From Macrostomum lignano (lineage: Eukaryota): DNA of 64,000 bases. The stretch covers positions 275,604-339,603 of the forward strand of contig NIVC01001195.1 in NCBI GenBank assembly GCA_002269645.1. Direction: 5' to 3'. The notes beneath the pieces were generated by a model that searched no databases, was not told where the DNA came from, and saw only the letters and a program-made list of their open reading frames with translations. Positions 13,874-26,751 of this stretch are shown in pieces. How positions within the stretch are numbered: position 1 is the first letter of the stretch; every line of letters begins with the position of its first letter. Position numbers and translations under genes: made by a program.

Positions 13874-14084
13874 CTGCCAGCGATTAAGGGAAATTCGAGT
13901 CTGGGAGTTTTTGTCGCTGAATCTTAAAGCTTCTAGGGTCTATTCTAATGGTGCAGGCATGATCCAAATCCAGATGAACTCACTCAACAACATCTAAGGA
14001 CGGAATAAGTATAAAATACTTTCTGTGGCAATCAACCGACCAAATAACTTCTATGAACTGTTCTTTGCGCCGCCTGAGGCACTC

Positions 14085-14880
14085 AAAAGCTGGACCCCTA
14101 CTGCCCCTGAGCCACTCTTAGGAGCAGCTCACACCTGCCCTTCGAGCCAATCTTAGGAGCAGCTCACACCTCCCCTGAGCCACTCTTAGGAGCAGCTCAC
14201 ACCGCCCCTAAGCCACTCTTAGGAGGCAGCTCACAGCTCCCCTGAGCCACTCTTAGGAGCAGCTCACAGCTCCCCTGAGCCACTCTTAGGAACAGCTCAT
14301 GCCTCCCCTGAGCCACTCTTAGGAACAGCTCATGCCTCCCCTGAGCCACTCATAGGAACAGCTCATGCCTCCCCTGAGCCACTCTTAGGAACAGCTCATG
14401 CCTCCCCTGAGCCACTCTTAGGAACAGCTCATGCCTCCCCTGAGCCACTCATAGGAACAGCTCATGCCTCCCCTGAGCCACTCTTAGGAACAGCTCATGC
14501 CTCCCCTGAGCCACTCATAGGAACAGCTCATGCCTCCCCTGAGCCACTCATAGGAGCAGCTCACACCGCCCCTGGGCCACTCTTAGGAGCAGCTCACACC
14601 GCCCCTTAGCCACTCTCAGGAGCAGCTCATACCGCCCCTGGGCCACTCTTAGGAGCAGCTCACACCGCCCTTTAGCCACTCTCAGGAGCAGCTCACACCT
14701 CCCCTGAGCCACTCATAGGAGCAGCTCATACCGCCCCTTAGCCACTCTCAGGAGCAGCTCATACCGCCCCTGGGCCACTCATAGGAGCAGCTCATACCGC
14801 CCCTTAGCCACTCTCAGGAGCAGCTCACACCGCCCCTGGGCCACTCTTAGGAGCAGCTCACACCGCCCCTGGGGCACTCT
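14085..14880. repeat. 33-bp minisatellite (CCCCTGAGCCACTCTTAGGAGCAGCTCACACCT variants)
   Basis: Period 33 (e.g. 14281 and 14314). Confidence 0.93.
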
Positions 14881-16642
14881 ACCCAGTGACAAGCTCTACC
14901 TAGGCACTCAGTTTAACCACCTGTGCACTTGCATAGTTTTCCCATGCAAATGTGTATTATACTCGCATCCCCAAGTGGCTATTGTAGAATCTTCACACAA
15001 CTGTTTCTGCAAGCAACTCACTTGATTCTACTAGGAGAAGACAATAGCTGTTTTGTAGAGACAAAAGGTGTGAATTGTTGGATTTGCTGAGAACTGAGAA
15101 CTTGCCTGTTTAGTTGGCTTGTCTACTCCATATCTCTGCCCCTGCTCGGCATGCAGTGCAAGCAGTAGCTATCGATCTACGTGATGTTGGGTGAGAGCTT
15201 GCCCTCAGCATCTGTTCTGGAGATTTTACCTGTTGCTAGGAGAGTTATTGAGCACCTGCCATTGTATCCACAGTTTAGATGTGTAGTTTGCGACACTCGT
15301 TCTTTTTACACATGCATGAATGATGCGCGCTATGCAGATGTCGGGGGCGTAGCTAAACTCAAATGAAATCAACCCCCTCCCAAAAAAGATACCCTGCTTT
15401 AATAAAAGCTCCTGTCTAACATCTTTGCCAAATGTACGTATTTCCATTGCCCTTTACATGTACGAGCGTAGTTAGGGTTCGATTTCAATGGATCTTTCAA
15501 GCCCGAATACCACAGCAGCCATGTTTCATTACTTTCACTCTGTTTCTGAGCAATCATAGTACGTGTATTCTACGAGCGTAAAAGTGCTAGTAGTCACTAA
15601 TTATTGGCTATAATCTTATTAGAGGCTACACAAAATCACCGGTGCCACTTACAGATGAGCAGAAAACAGAAGGCCGCGCTGGTTACGATGCCCTGTGCTA
15701 GCATTCTCGTTTTTCTAGAAAGTCAAATCGTCCGAGCTTTGTAGAGTTTTGCTTCTCCGTAAAGCTGCTATCGAGAAATAGAGACGGCCCAGGAGAGAGT
15801 CAGGTGGAGGAATCGGCTTAAAAGCCCCCCGGCTGAGCAGGCCGCCGGCCGAGGCAGGCCGACCGATTGTGGGGGGATATTCTCGTTGTCAAGGAGACTC
15901 AGAGACAAAAGAAACACAACAGCAAAAACCGTGTAGCCAGAATTGAGCTCCCCACCCCCCCCCAATCATTCCAGGCTCCCAAATCCTTCCCGGCCAGCTC
16001 AATCCTACTCCATCTGCTGCAACTCATCCCGTCCTGCAGCATCCCAAATCCCACATCTCGGGCAAATTGGGGGAGGGCAACAGCCACCCGCCAGGACGAA
16101 GGACGAAACTGCATCAGAATTTCGGGTGTTCCAGCTTCCGAGCCGTGTCCCCGCTCACCCGCTCCGCCCCCAGAATTCTCTTCTCCGCTTTGTTCTTTGG
16201 CTTTTTTCACTCTGCCTGCAGCAGCCGCTCAGGCATGACTGTTGCTCAGTCTGGCTTTCTTTCGCAAATATTGGAGGCCGAGGCGGGGTTTTGGCCGGGC
16301 GCTGGATCGACAGAAACATTTATGGGGGGGGGGGGAATCGCGCATTCTGCTGCAGATTCGTGAGCTACATGCATACATAGTTTCCACTGAGACGAGCGAT
16401 GAAGCGCAGGGGCAGAGAGAGAGAGAGCTGATGTCTGGGCTGGCATGGCTTAGCAATTACCCTCCTTCTGCATACGGGTTGCTACGCTCCCGAGGGCCTA
16501 CTGCAGGCGGGTCGATCGCTCAAACACCTGCTGCCAGTTCTCGCGCAAACAACCTCTCAGGCGGTTCGGCTCAGCTGGAATTGGGAGACACGGCAGCTGT
16601 AGAGACAAGTTCATAGACTTGCTTTCCCTAAAATCATCAGAG

Positions 16643-18103
16643 TGAGGCGGAAGGCCTTATAGTTTCAATAGATGGAGTGGCAGCGAAGAGTTTGTGCTGC
16701 TTTGCGCGTGTATTTATATGAGATTTACAAACAACGCCAGATTGAGGGGCCAAGGGAGGTGCGAAAAGGTGGCATGGCGTGATTGGCTACGCCAACCCCC
16801 CCGGCTTAGCGAGCCGGCTAGTTTGGCGCGTACCCACCCCACCTCAGCTAGACAGAGGCGGGGGGGGGGTTTCCAGTGCGGCTGCACTGGTGCTGCCGGT
16901 CGCGTAGTCTGGCCGCCACACAGCTCCCCCCAGCACCGAGCTAGGCCCCGAACGTCGGGTGGTAGCCGAGGCAGCGAGAGCGCCGAGGAGCGGGCGCCGA
17001 AGGCGGCGGGGGCGCGAGGCGGGCGCCGAAGGCAGCAGAGCGCCGATGGCAGCAGGTCGCCGAGCGGGCGCCGATGGCAGCAGAGCGCCGATGGCAGCAG
17101 GTCGCCGAGCGGTCGCCGGGCGGGCGCCGAAAGCAGCAGGGCGCCAGGCGGGCGCCGAAGGCAGCAGGGCGCCAGGCGGGCGCCGAAGGCAGCAGCAGGG
17201 CGCCAGGCGGGCGCCGAAGGCAGCAGCAGGGCGCCAGGCGGGCGCCGAAGGCGGCAGGGGCGCGAGGCGGGCGCCGAAGGCAGCAGGGCGCCAGGCGGGC
17301 GCCGAAAGCAGCAGGGCGCCAGGCGGGCGCCGAAGGCAGCAGAACGCCAGGCGGGCGCCGAAGACAGCAGGGCGCCAGGCGGGCGCCGATAGCAGCAGGG
17401 CGCCAGGCGGGCGCCGATGGCAGCAGGGCGCCAGGTGGGCGCCGAAGGCAGCAGGGGCGCGCGGCCGTACCACACCAGAGGCAATCGACAGTCAGTTGCC
17501 GCCGTGAGCCGGATCGATGCTCCTGCACAGAGGCTGGGGACGTTAGGCTAGCAGCAGCGGTGCTAACCTAGAAGTAGCTGCAGCGTGTGGCGCTGGTTGG
17601 TCCAACGCGGGGGCCGAAAGGCGAGACCCCAGGAGCTACCGGGGGGCGGGCTGACTGGGCCGATTCGTGCTGCTGGGCTGCGGTGCTGCTGGGCTGCGGT
17701 GCTGCTGTGCTGCGGTGCTGCGGTGCTGCGGTGCTGCTGTTGCAGTCGGCCAAGGCGGTTGGCTGCCAGGACCGCACAGGGCCGACCAGGTAGGCCCAGC
17801 GTTCCGCGCTGGGTGTCGGGCTCACCAATGAGGCGGAAGGCCTTATAGTTTCAATAGATGGAGTGGCAGCGAAGAGTTTGTGCTGCTTTGCGCGTGTATT
17901 TATATGAGATTTACAAACAACGCCAGATTGAGGGGCCAAGGGAGGTGCGAAAAGGTGGCATGGCGTGATTGGCTACGCCAACCCCCCCGGCTTAGCGAGC
18001 CGGCTAGTTTGGCGCGTACCCACCCCACCTCAGCTAGACAGAGGCGGGGGGGTTTCCAGTGCGGCTGCACTGGTGCTGCCGGTCGCGTAGTCTGGCCGCC
18101 ACA
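16643..18103 (-). mobile_element. Non-autonomous LTR retroelement (TRIM-like), 1461 bp
   Basis: Direct repeats 16643-16920 and 17829-18103, each TG...CA, differing only in one G-run length. 4-bp TSD AGAG at 16639-16642 and 18104-18107. On the minus strand: PBS-like TGGTGAGCCCGAC 1 nt after the 5' LTR, GGGGGAG tract before the 3' LTR, and CCAAT and TATAAATA inside the LTR. No gag/pol motifs. Confidence 0.85.
16990..17460. repeat. GC-rich minisatellite of about 28 bp (GGCGGGCGCCGAAGGCAGCAGGGCGCCA) inside the TRIM-like element
   Basis: Tandem array; explains the overlapping Ala/Arg/Gly-rich ORFs between 16694 and 17571. Confidence 0.9.
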
Positions 18104-20613
18104 AGAGTTTATTTGTCAGACAAAAGTTCTTATAGCGTTATTCTGTAATGGAAAAACATGCATAGGGAGTTTCGCATAAACAGTAGCGTGAGTCATTTGC
18201 CCCAGGCACATCAAGCTGGCTGGGTGCAGTCGCCCCACCAGCCAGGCGTGCTGAAGCCTACGTGCGAACACACCCAAGCTCTCGATCCCGGTTGTGCACC
18301 GCCACAATGTAAATGTAAAAGTAAAGCTGGATGCAAGTCAAAATTTTCGATGCGGCGCAGCCATGTGCACTTGCAGTGTGGGCTTGATTGTAAATTTAGT
18401 GAGCAATTCAAGGCTTTTTGGTACCAGTATCGAGGTATGGCATACAGTGTTGAAAATTCGGAAGAAATTTGAATGAAATTCGAATGCGTACATGTATACT
18501 GTACATGAGCATGCATCGATTGTAATTCATGCAACGTATAAGTAGGCAACGTAAAAATATAAGTGCTTCATGTAATATAAATTATTGTTATATGTGTTTG
18601 TATAACTAACACATGCATCAGGATTGTTTGTTACACCGGAACCAGTAACCATAGAATTTCATTGAGCACGCGTTCTTTGTGTTGTCCAAATTTTCAAAAT
18701 CGGCTTTTACACGATTTTTTTGTATCGCTCGCTCGCTAGGTTCATCCAATCCATTATATGCACCAGTGACCAGTCACACCCATGAACCGATGAATAACTT
18801 TTTCGCCACCAACTTAGCGTAGCTTAGGCCTAGCGAAAGTTTTTATCGCGATTTGGATTTTTTCGGAAGCAGATGCAAGCAAAATCAGAAGATAGCTTGT
18901 CTTATAATTTTGCAAGCTGCTTTTTTAATTGTTATTGAAATATAGTTAAATAGTATAGCATTAAATGACTAGATAATTAACTCTATCAATCATGTCTATA
19001 TCCTCAATGACTGTATTATAAGACCTACTCCTTCTGAAAGACAGCTGTTTTTTTATTCTGGATTAGGGCCTTTGCATCCTAAGGCTAAGGTGCTAATAAT
19101 ATCTATTGTACTTATAACTTACAGTGGATCGTCTTGACTTTGGTTTGGTTGACAGGATTTTATTATTAGTTACCACTTAGCTTTGGTTTAGGATTTGAGG
19201 ATAGCCTACAAGTATACAAGTTATAGGCCTAAGTAGATAATCTAATAATCTCTTGCTAATAACTCAAGGTTGAAGAGGATACTTTTTGGAATTGAGGCCT
19301 GAGCCAATGGGCCAAGTAAAGTGGACCTATCCAATATTAGGGTCAAAATTATTACATTTTGTTAAGATCTTCATGGGATCTACAACCCAAGGATTTTGGC
19401 CTTTTGGGATAGGCCCTAAGTTCTAAGTAGCTTGTTATTGAGATCATATACTTATCTAGTATCTATAAGTTTTGAATAGGGACCTAGCCTAGTATATAGA
19501 GGATTGGATTATAGATATCATATTAGAATTTAGGGATTAGAGGTTATTTAGTAAGATCAGGATCCAAATTTTTTAAATATTTATAGCTTTGGTTGACATA
19601 AGATTTTATTAGTTAGCTTAGCTTAGTGTTTAAGGATTTAAGTATGAATAGTCACTAAACTCTAAAGTAGGCCCTAGGCCCTAGTATCTAAATTAAATAG
19701 TGCATTTTAATCATAACATAAAATTTTTATTGGTAGGGATTATAAAATTTATGGCCTAGCCTAATTTTATATATAATATTTAAAAAATGTATTCTACCCA
19801 AGAGTAAAGACCTATTATATAATCTTAACTATGATAATGAATAGATTTTGTATTTATAGCAATAATAAGCCTTTATGTTAATTTATAGGCCTATAATAAT
19901 CATTAGTTTATTATTTGTTAAACTTATTATGTTTTATACAATATAATATAAAACCTATAGTTGAATAGGCCTACTTTAATTAGTAGCTAGAAAGCTCTTC
20001 TAAAATCTATAATATGAATATTTTAATAAGGTTTACACCAAAAAAGCCTTTTGTAAAGTTGTGGGCTTCGTTTTTTTGCATCTAAGATGCAGCATTTTAT
20101 TAGCATGACAAATTTTTGAGTCAATTTTAAAACTATTGTGTTAGATACATGTTTGTGTTTATAGTTTTAAAAATTTTAAACTTGAAATAGAGACAATGGT
20201 TTAATGTGTATCAAATTGCATCTTATATACTAAAAATGAAAATCTTACTTGCTTGCTTGCTTGCTTGTAATCAATTAGAGAAAAAATGGCTTAACCAATT
20301 TTCATGAGACTTGCATTCATGAAACAAATACATTTATCTGGTGATTTGCTTTTTTATTAGTCATTATAACAAAGCCATTGGGAATTTAACAACACTAGTT
20401 AATGAAGACAAAGTCTTTTCGCCCCAGTGAGCTTTGGGGTTGGAATTTTATAATACCTAGTGTTGTATCGATTATTTAAGGACTTCCAAGGCATTATTAA
20501 CGCTGATGCTCCTAATGTTTTGTGTCGTGTCATTCATAAAAGTTAACCTAATAGATAAAGTAAGGCAAGAGTTGTAAAATGCCTCTAATGTCAAATGATT
20601 TATAGGAAGGGAA

Positions 20614-21350
20614 TGGGGATGTCGATTCCCTAGGAAATTATCTTATTGGGAACCCCGGTGAAAAGAAAAAAATAAGTAAAAATGGCGGATAACTTAGATC
20701 GTAAGTGGAATTTTTTAAACTTTGATTTAAGCTTTGTACTACATATTCAAGGTGTGCAAGGGTAAAAACTTTAAACAAAATTTTTTTAAAACTATTTGAC
20801 AACGTGGCATCCCAAAATTGTGTCGGAAAGGTGCATTTGTCGGAATGCATGCTCAACAGCTACGCTCGTAAGATAATTAATGAATGAGACTGTTTTTATA
20901 ATCCAAATTTTTATTTCTTGCAGATATATGTAAATCACCATTTTGTCCTTGTCTAATAGGGAGTATATGTATGACACCCCCCTATGCGGCTATGCATCAA
21001 GCCGTCAATGCAGACCAACACAGTAGTAAGTAAGGCTTCTTTTTCCTGACGGGTTTATTTCTACGTGCAATTTGCTTGATTGAATGACTAATAGTGAAAA
21101 AACAATCAAATGTGTGTTGTGTTTGAAATACATGTAATACATTGAAATAAGCAGTTATGCGGTAAAAGAGCATATAGACAGAGTTTCAATCAGCTTTCTG
21201 TGATTCATTTTCTTATTTTAATGGCAAAAATTAAGTTACAAATGCATTTTTAAATACTTTTTCTCCCCATGGTCCCCGGTCCAATTCCCCGGGGAGTATT
21301 CCCCGACAAGCTCCCCGGGAGCACTCCCGGCCCCGGGGTCGACATCCCTA
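20614..21350. mobile_element. Non-autonomous hAT-type DNA transposon (MITE), 737 bp
   Basis: TIRs TGGGGATGTCGA and TAGGGATGTCGA (11/12 match). Perfect 8-bp TSD GAAGGGAA at 20606-20613 and 21351-21358. CCCCGG subterminal motifs. An 8-bp TSD is characteristic of hAT. Confidence 0.85.
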
Positions 21351-21935
21351 GAAGGGAAACTATGGGCATAAGTTCTGCAACACAAATACAAGTTGCTAAG
21401 CATTAATAGACGCACTGCAGTTGTGCAAAGTATCGATAAAATGTAATGGAATTGCTCGAATCACCAAGAGTCCCCAAGACCCATAAAACTGGAGAAACTG
21501 GCAGGATATATAGCAGATACATGTAGCTAGGCCAGCCAGAATCAGAAGTGATGGGTGGGTGCCGGGTGGGTCAAGTGATCATGGGTTGGGTTCGACTTCG
21601 ATTGTATTATTCCTTCTTAATCTTATGCAATTAATTGTACATTTGGTATGAAGTAACAGTAATTATCCTTGACCATGCTAATTTGCTAAAGAGTAAAGAC
21701 AAGTCAAAGTCAAGTTAATAAAAATAGACACACACAGTGTAACAATAACAATGGTTTAGAGCCATTTTATAATAGCGGCGGAGCTCACTGAAGAACTAGA
21801 TATAATACATAAGTAATCTACAATTTAATAAAACAAGTTTTCATATTAGTTTTGGTTATCAGTTTTGTTTTGCAAATTTAACGAATGTCTGCAATCACCT
21901 AAATTTCAGCCTAGAAGTCAGTCAGCCCAAGCCAA

Positions 21936-22346
21936 ATGCCAAAACCAACTGACAAAGCCGCCACAACCGCCAAGTCTGCAAAGCAGAAGCCGCAGAACAA
22001 GCAGGCTGTGAGGCGGATCGCCCACCTGCAGGCGGTGGCCAGGCTGCTGGCCGGGCAGGGCGGCCAGGCTGGCCAGATGCTGGCCAGGCAGCATGCCGAG
22101 GCCCTGTTCACCCTGGCCGAGAAGTCGCAGACCCGGCCGCCGCCGCTGCTTCGACGCGGCTTCTGCCGACGCTGCCGACTGCCGCTGGTTAGCGGCGTCA
22201 CCGCAGAAATTCGCTGCCGACGGCGTCGGCGGCACCGGCGGATGGTTGGCGTGGTGACGTGCCGGCTGTGTCGGAGCTTCGCCACGTACGGGTTCCGCCA
22301 GTGCGACTGGATTCGGGCAGTGCTGCCGGGGCCGTCAGGGTCGTAA
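21936..22346 (+). CDS. RPP21: RNase P subunit RPP21/Rpr2 family protein, single exon, 136 aa
   Basis: Rpr2 pattern: RIAHL.AVA...LARQH...LAEKSQTR.PPLLRRGFCRRC..PLVSG.T...VVTCRLC, with two CxxC zinc-binding pairs. Confidence 0.8.
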   Translation: MPKPTDKAATTAKSAKQKPQNKQAVRRIAHLQAVARLLAGQGGQAGQMLARQHAEALFTLAEKSQTRPPPLLRRGFCRRCRLPLVSGVTAEIRCRRRRRHRRMVGVVTCRLCRSFATYGFRQCDWIRAVLPGPSGS

Positions 22347-22799
22347 CTCATCTGCGAGTCATCTGCAGTCCCGCGCCTGCATTGAACGTTTTGTGCATTT
22401 TGGTTGGCTTAAAATCGTCCAATTCTGTGCAAAACTTTCCAACTTATTTTCCATACTACTGACTACTTTAGCTGCTAGTAGTAAGAGGAATTGACTCGCT
22501 ACATTTGCATTTTTACGCTTAGCAGTTTGGAGTTAAGTTCGATGTTAAATTATCTGCTGTTGCTTGAATACACCGGTATTTTACCTGTATTGCTTGTTAA
22601 TCAGGTAATGTTTTTGTATCTATTTCACACATTCTTTGTTTTTGTCACTAATTTTTAAAATGTAAACTGGTACCTTTAAACAGAAAATGTAAAGTAAACC
22701 GGTGTCTTTAAGTGTGAACTGAAATTTAAACTTGTAACTTGAGTCATAAACTTCAATCAATGTAAAGTGATATCTTGAAACACAAAGTTTAAGGTAAAT

Positions 22800-24470
22800 T
22801 GGTATCTTGAAACACAAACTGCAAGGTAAACTGGTTTTTGGATCATAAACTGCAAGGTAAACTGGAATTTTATGTCATAAACTGCAAGATAAACTGGTAT
22901 TTTGAGTCATAAACTGCAAGGTAAACTGGTATTTTGGGTCATCAACTGCAAGGTAAACTGGTATTTTGGGTCATAAACTGCAAGATAAACTGGTATTTTG
23001 AGTCATAAACTGCAAGGTAAACTGGTATTTTGGGTCATCAACTGCAAGGTAAACTGGTATTTTGGGTCATAAACTGCAAGATAAACTGGTATTTTGAGTC
23101 ATAAACTTCAAGGTAAACTGGTACTTTGAGTCATAAACTGCAGGGTAAACTGGTATTTTGAGTCATAAACTGCAAGGTAAACTGATATTTTGGGTCATAA
23201 ACTGCAAGGTAAACTGGTATTTTGGGTCATAAACTGCAAGGTAAACTGGTATTTTGAGTCATCAACTGCAAGGTAAACTGGTATTTTGAGTCATCAACTG
23301 CAAGGTAAACTGGTATTTTGAGTCATCAACTGCAAGGTAAACTGGTATTTTGAGTCATCAACTGCAAGGTAAACTGGTATTTTGAGTCATCAACTGCAAG
23401 GTAAACTGGTATTTTGAGTCATCAACTGCAAGGTAAACTGGTATTTTGAGTCATAAACTGCAAGGTAAACTGGTATTTTGAGTCATAAACTGCAAGATAA
23501 ACTGGTATTTTGAGTCATAAACTGCAAGGTAAACTGGTATTTTGGGTCATCAACTGCAAGGTAAACTGGTATTTTGGGTCATAAACTGCAAGATAAACTG
23601 GTATTTTGAGTCATAAACTGCAAGGTAAACTGGTATTTTGGGTCATCAACTGCAAGGTAAACTGGTATTTTGGGTCATAAACTGCAAGATAAACTGGTAT
23701 TTTGAGTCATAAACTTCAAGGTAAACTGGTACTTTGAGTCATAAACTGCAGGGTAAACTGGTATTTTGAGTCATAAACTGCAAGGTAAACTGATATTTTG
23801 GGTCATAAACTGCAAGGTAAACTGGTATTTTGGGTCATAAACTGCAAGGTAAACTGGTATTTTGAGTCATCAACTGCAAGGTAAACTGGTATTTTGAGTC
23901 ATCAACTGCAAGGTAAACTGGTATTTTGAGTCATCAACTGCAAGGTAAACTGGTATTTTGAGTCATCAACTGCAAGGTAAACTGGTATTTTGAGTCATCA
24001 ACTGCAAGGTAAACTGGTATTTTGAGTCATCAACTGCAAGGTAAACTGGTATTTTGAGTCATAAACTGCAAGGTAAACTGGTATTTTGAGTCATCAACTG
24101 CAAGGTAAACTGGTATTTTGAGTCATAAACTGCAAGGTAAACTGGTATTTTGAGTCATCAACTGCAAGGTAAACTGGTATTTTGAGTCATCAACTGCAAG
24201 GTAAACTGGTATTTTGAGTCATAAACTGCAAGGTAAACTGGTATTTTGAGTCATAAACTGCAAGGTAAACTGGTATTTTGAGTCATCAACTGCAAGGTAA
24301 ACTGGTATTTTGAGTCATCAACTGCAAGGTAAACTGGTATTTTGAGTCATCAACTGCAAGGTAAACTGGTATTTTGAGTCATAAACTGCAAGGTAAACTG
24401 GTATTTCGGGTCATAAACTGCAAGGTAAACTGGTATTTCAGGTCATAAACTGCAAGGTAAACTGGTGATT
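22800..24470. repeat. 32-bp minisatellite (AAACTGCAAGGTAAACTGGTATTTTGAGTCAT), about 50 copies
   Basis: Tandem array without spacers. Confidence 0.95.
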
Positions 24471-25134
24471 CCGCCACTCGTAAAGTCCAACTTGAATTGA
24501 CTTCAATGCAAAGCACAAAGTCTTTCTTATTTAGGCTTGGGCTGGCCTCGAAGCCAACGCACTGGGTAAGCCATTCCGTCTATCTTAGGAAATTTCTTTT
24601 GACTTTCCTTTAGTTTGCTTCGGGTCTGTCATGTATCGTACAAGAAAATGGAAGCCAATTAAAACTTTGTCGCAACCGCAATGAACTCCTCGAGGGCAGA
24701 GCTTGGTCCTGTTTGGGACACCGCATGCGGACCTGCATTGTTTATTGGCTAATGCTGCATCAAGGATTGGTGGAAGCTGCTTCCTGCGCCCCGCGGCCGA
24801 ATGAAGTGAATTAAGCGAATCTGCAGGCCTCCCTGTGCCACCGGCTTTAATGCGTTCAAGAATTGCCGGCCGGGTTTCTTGCTCCCGCGATCCCCAATGC
24901 TGAAGCTGCTTTGTATTTGCATCTCGTGCCTCGGAGCCTGGCTGCATTCCTTCGTCATTTACAGAACAGCAGAACTTACAGGGTGCAGGCGGCTGGGAGC
25001 TTCTGCTGGTTTTGCTCAAGGAGTCTTTAAAGCAAGCCTAATTAGATTTGAATTGGAAGTGTTGGAGATGCGCAGAGTGAATCATTTTTAAACAGCAATT
25101 TTTCAGTTCCAAGACGCTTGTTAGGTCACTTGAT

Positions 25135-25692
25135 AAATTAGCAATCCAATCTATATTGTTAGGTCCCCAATTCGCTATAGATTAGCAATCCAGTCTCTAT
25201 TGCTAGGTCCCCAATTCGCTATAGATTAGCAATCCAGTCTCTATTGCTAGGTCCCCAATTCGCTATAGATTAGCAATCCAGTCTCTATTGCTAGGTCCCC
25301 AATTCGCTATAGATTAGCAATCCAGTCTCTATTGCTAGGTCCCCAATTCGCTATAGATTAGCAATCCAGTCTCTATTGCTAGGTCCCCAATTCGCTATAG
25401 ATTAGCAATCCAATCTATATTGCTAGGTCCCCAATTCGCTATAGATTAGCAATCCAATCTCTATTGCTAGGTCCCCAATTCGCTATAGATTAGCAATCCA
25501 GTCTCTATTGCTAGGTCCCCAATTCGCTATAGATTAGCAATCCAATCTCTATTGCTAGGTCCCCAATTCGCTATAGATTAGCAATCCAATCTCTATTGCT
25601 AGGTCCCCAATTCGCTATAGATTAGCAATCCAATCTCTATTGCTAGGTCCCCAATTCGCTATAGATTAGCAATCCAATCTCTATTGCTAGGT
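25135..25692. repeat. 44-bp minisatellite (GATTAGCAATCCAGTCTCTATTGCTAGGTCCCCAATTCGCTATA)
   Basis: About 12 copies; internal inverted repeat TAGCAAT/ATTGCTA. Confidence 0.93.
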
Positions 25693-26751
25693 TTGTTCGG
25701 CAGACGAAACTCTGTCGAATTCGGAAAGTTGTCAATTTTTGAGTGACAGACATCCGTCAGAGGTTGCCCCAGGATTCAGGCAGGAACTCAGCTGGATTCT
25801 GTTTGCTCTGTTGAGTCGACTCCGATAAGTCACACCAAATACTCACTTCTCTGCCGCATGAGCAGCCTGCAATGATAGCTGCAGGCCTTTGCAGTGTTTC
25901 TTATGCCAGCAACTGCTCAAACCTGTGGGTTTCGGGTCTGGGAGGCCTGGAGCTGCCCTGAAGCCGCCATCTGGGGGAATCCTTATCCATTTCCCTGGCC
26001 CGCCAGCCATGGGGTAACGGGATCCCCGAGATCTGAGCTCCTAAAGCTCTCTCAAATGCAAACACAGCCGAGCATTCCTGAGCAAACAGCTCAGCTGGGC
26101 AGCAGCCACAGCTGTGACGACACGCAACACGGGAGCCAAGAGTGCACTTTTGGTGTCAGTTTCGAATTCAGCTATCGCGGCTATAGGATGAGGCAATTTT
26201 ATATAAAAACTGTTGAAACTGCTGCAGTGCAGGTCAGGTCGTACCCCTAAGATGCTATTTACATGTCGGTGGGTGATAGCGCTAAATTGTATTTTTCCGT
26301 ACTGACGTGTCACCACTTTGGTCAGCATAAAAATCATTTTCCGCCTCTCCCCTGTCTCGGCGATCTCTGCACTGTCTCCAACAGGCAATTGAAACCAAAA
26401 TTCTGCCGAGCTCTACCGCGAGCACTTGCAAGCAAATGCGCAGATCGCAGAGCAGACAGATTAGATAAGCCGCACCGCCCACCCCCTCCCTGAGTAACCA
26501 AGCAAGATAAAAGCTGTTTCCGAACTGATAAGGGCTGCGCAGGGACACGAAGAGTGTTGAGAGCATTTTCATCAGCTCGCACAGATCCCCGAAGGTTTGT
26601 GTGCTCAGCTGGACTGAAACAAGCTTGCCTGCATACCCGGCACTGGGGATAGAGATCCCCCATCTTCCGGCTCAGGCAGTCTTCCTTCTGCAGGGTGTTT
26701 GTCCTCCGCTGCCCTGCCATTGGCTGCAGGCTGGGCCGCACCCACATCGCT

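Noticed and set aside
15760-16620. Cluster of short overlapping ORFs left of the TRIM-like element
   Set aside because: No domain signal; I could not join them convincingly to the lectin gene.
16694-17939. Ala/Arg/Gly/Pro-rich ORFs as a gag-like cargo gene
   Set aside because: Open in most frames because of the GC minisatellite; no zinc knuckle or capsid-like pattern.
21911-22351. 146-aa minus-strand ORF
   Set aside because: Antisense to the RPP21 ORF, which has the family motifs.
22800-24470. CRISPR-like regular arrays (also 25135-25692, 36762-38330, 55185-57860)
   Set aside because: Head-to-tail repeats with no unique spacers, no cas genes, and a eukaryotic context.
24480-26750. ORFs 24585..25019, 25894..26250 and a possible 30-nt plus-strand exon at about 24536-24565
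   Set aside because: No recognisable homology and no consistent spliced model; they could be UTR exons of the 27075 gene, but this is unsupported.
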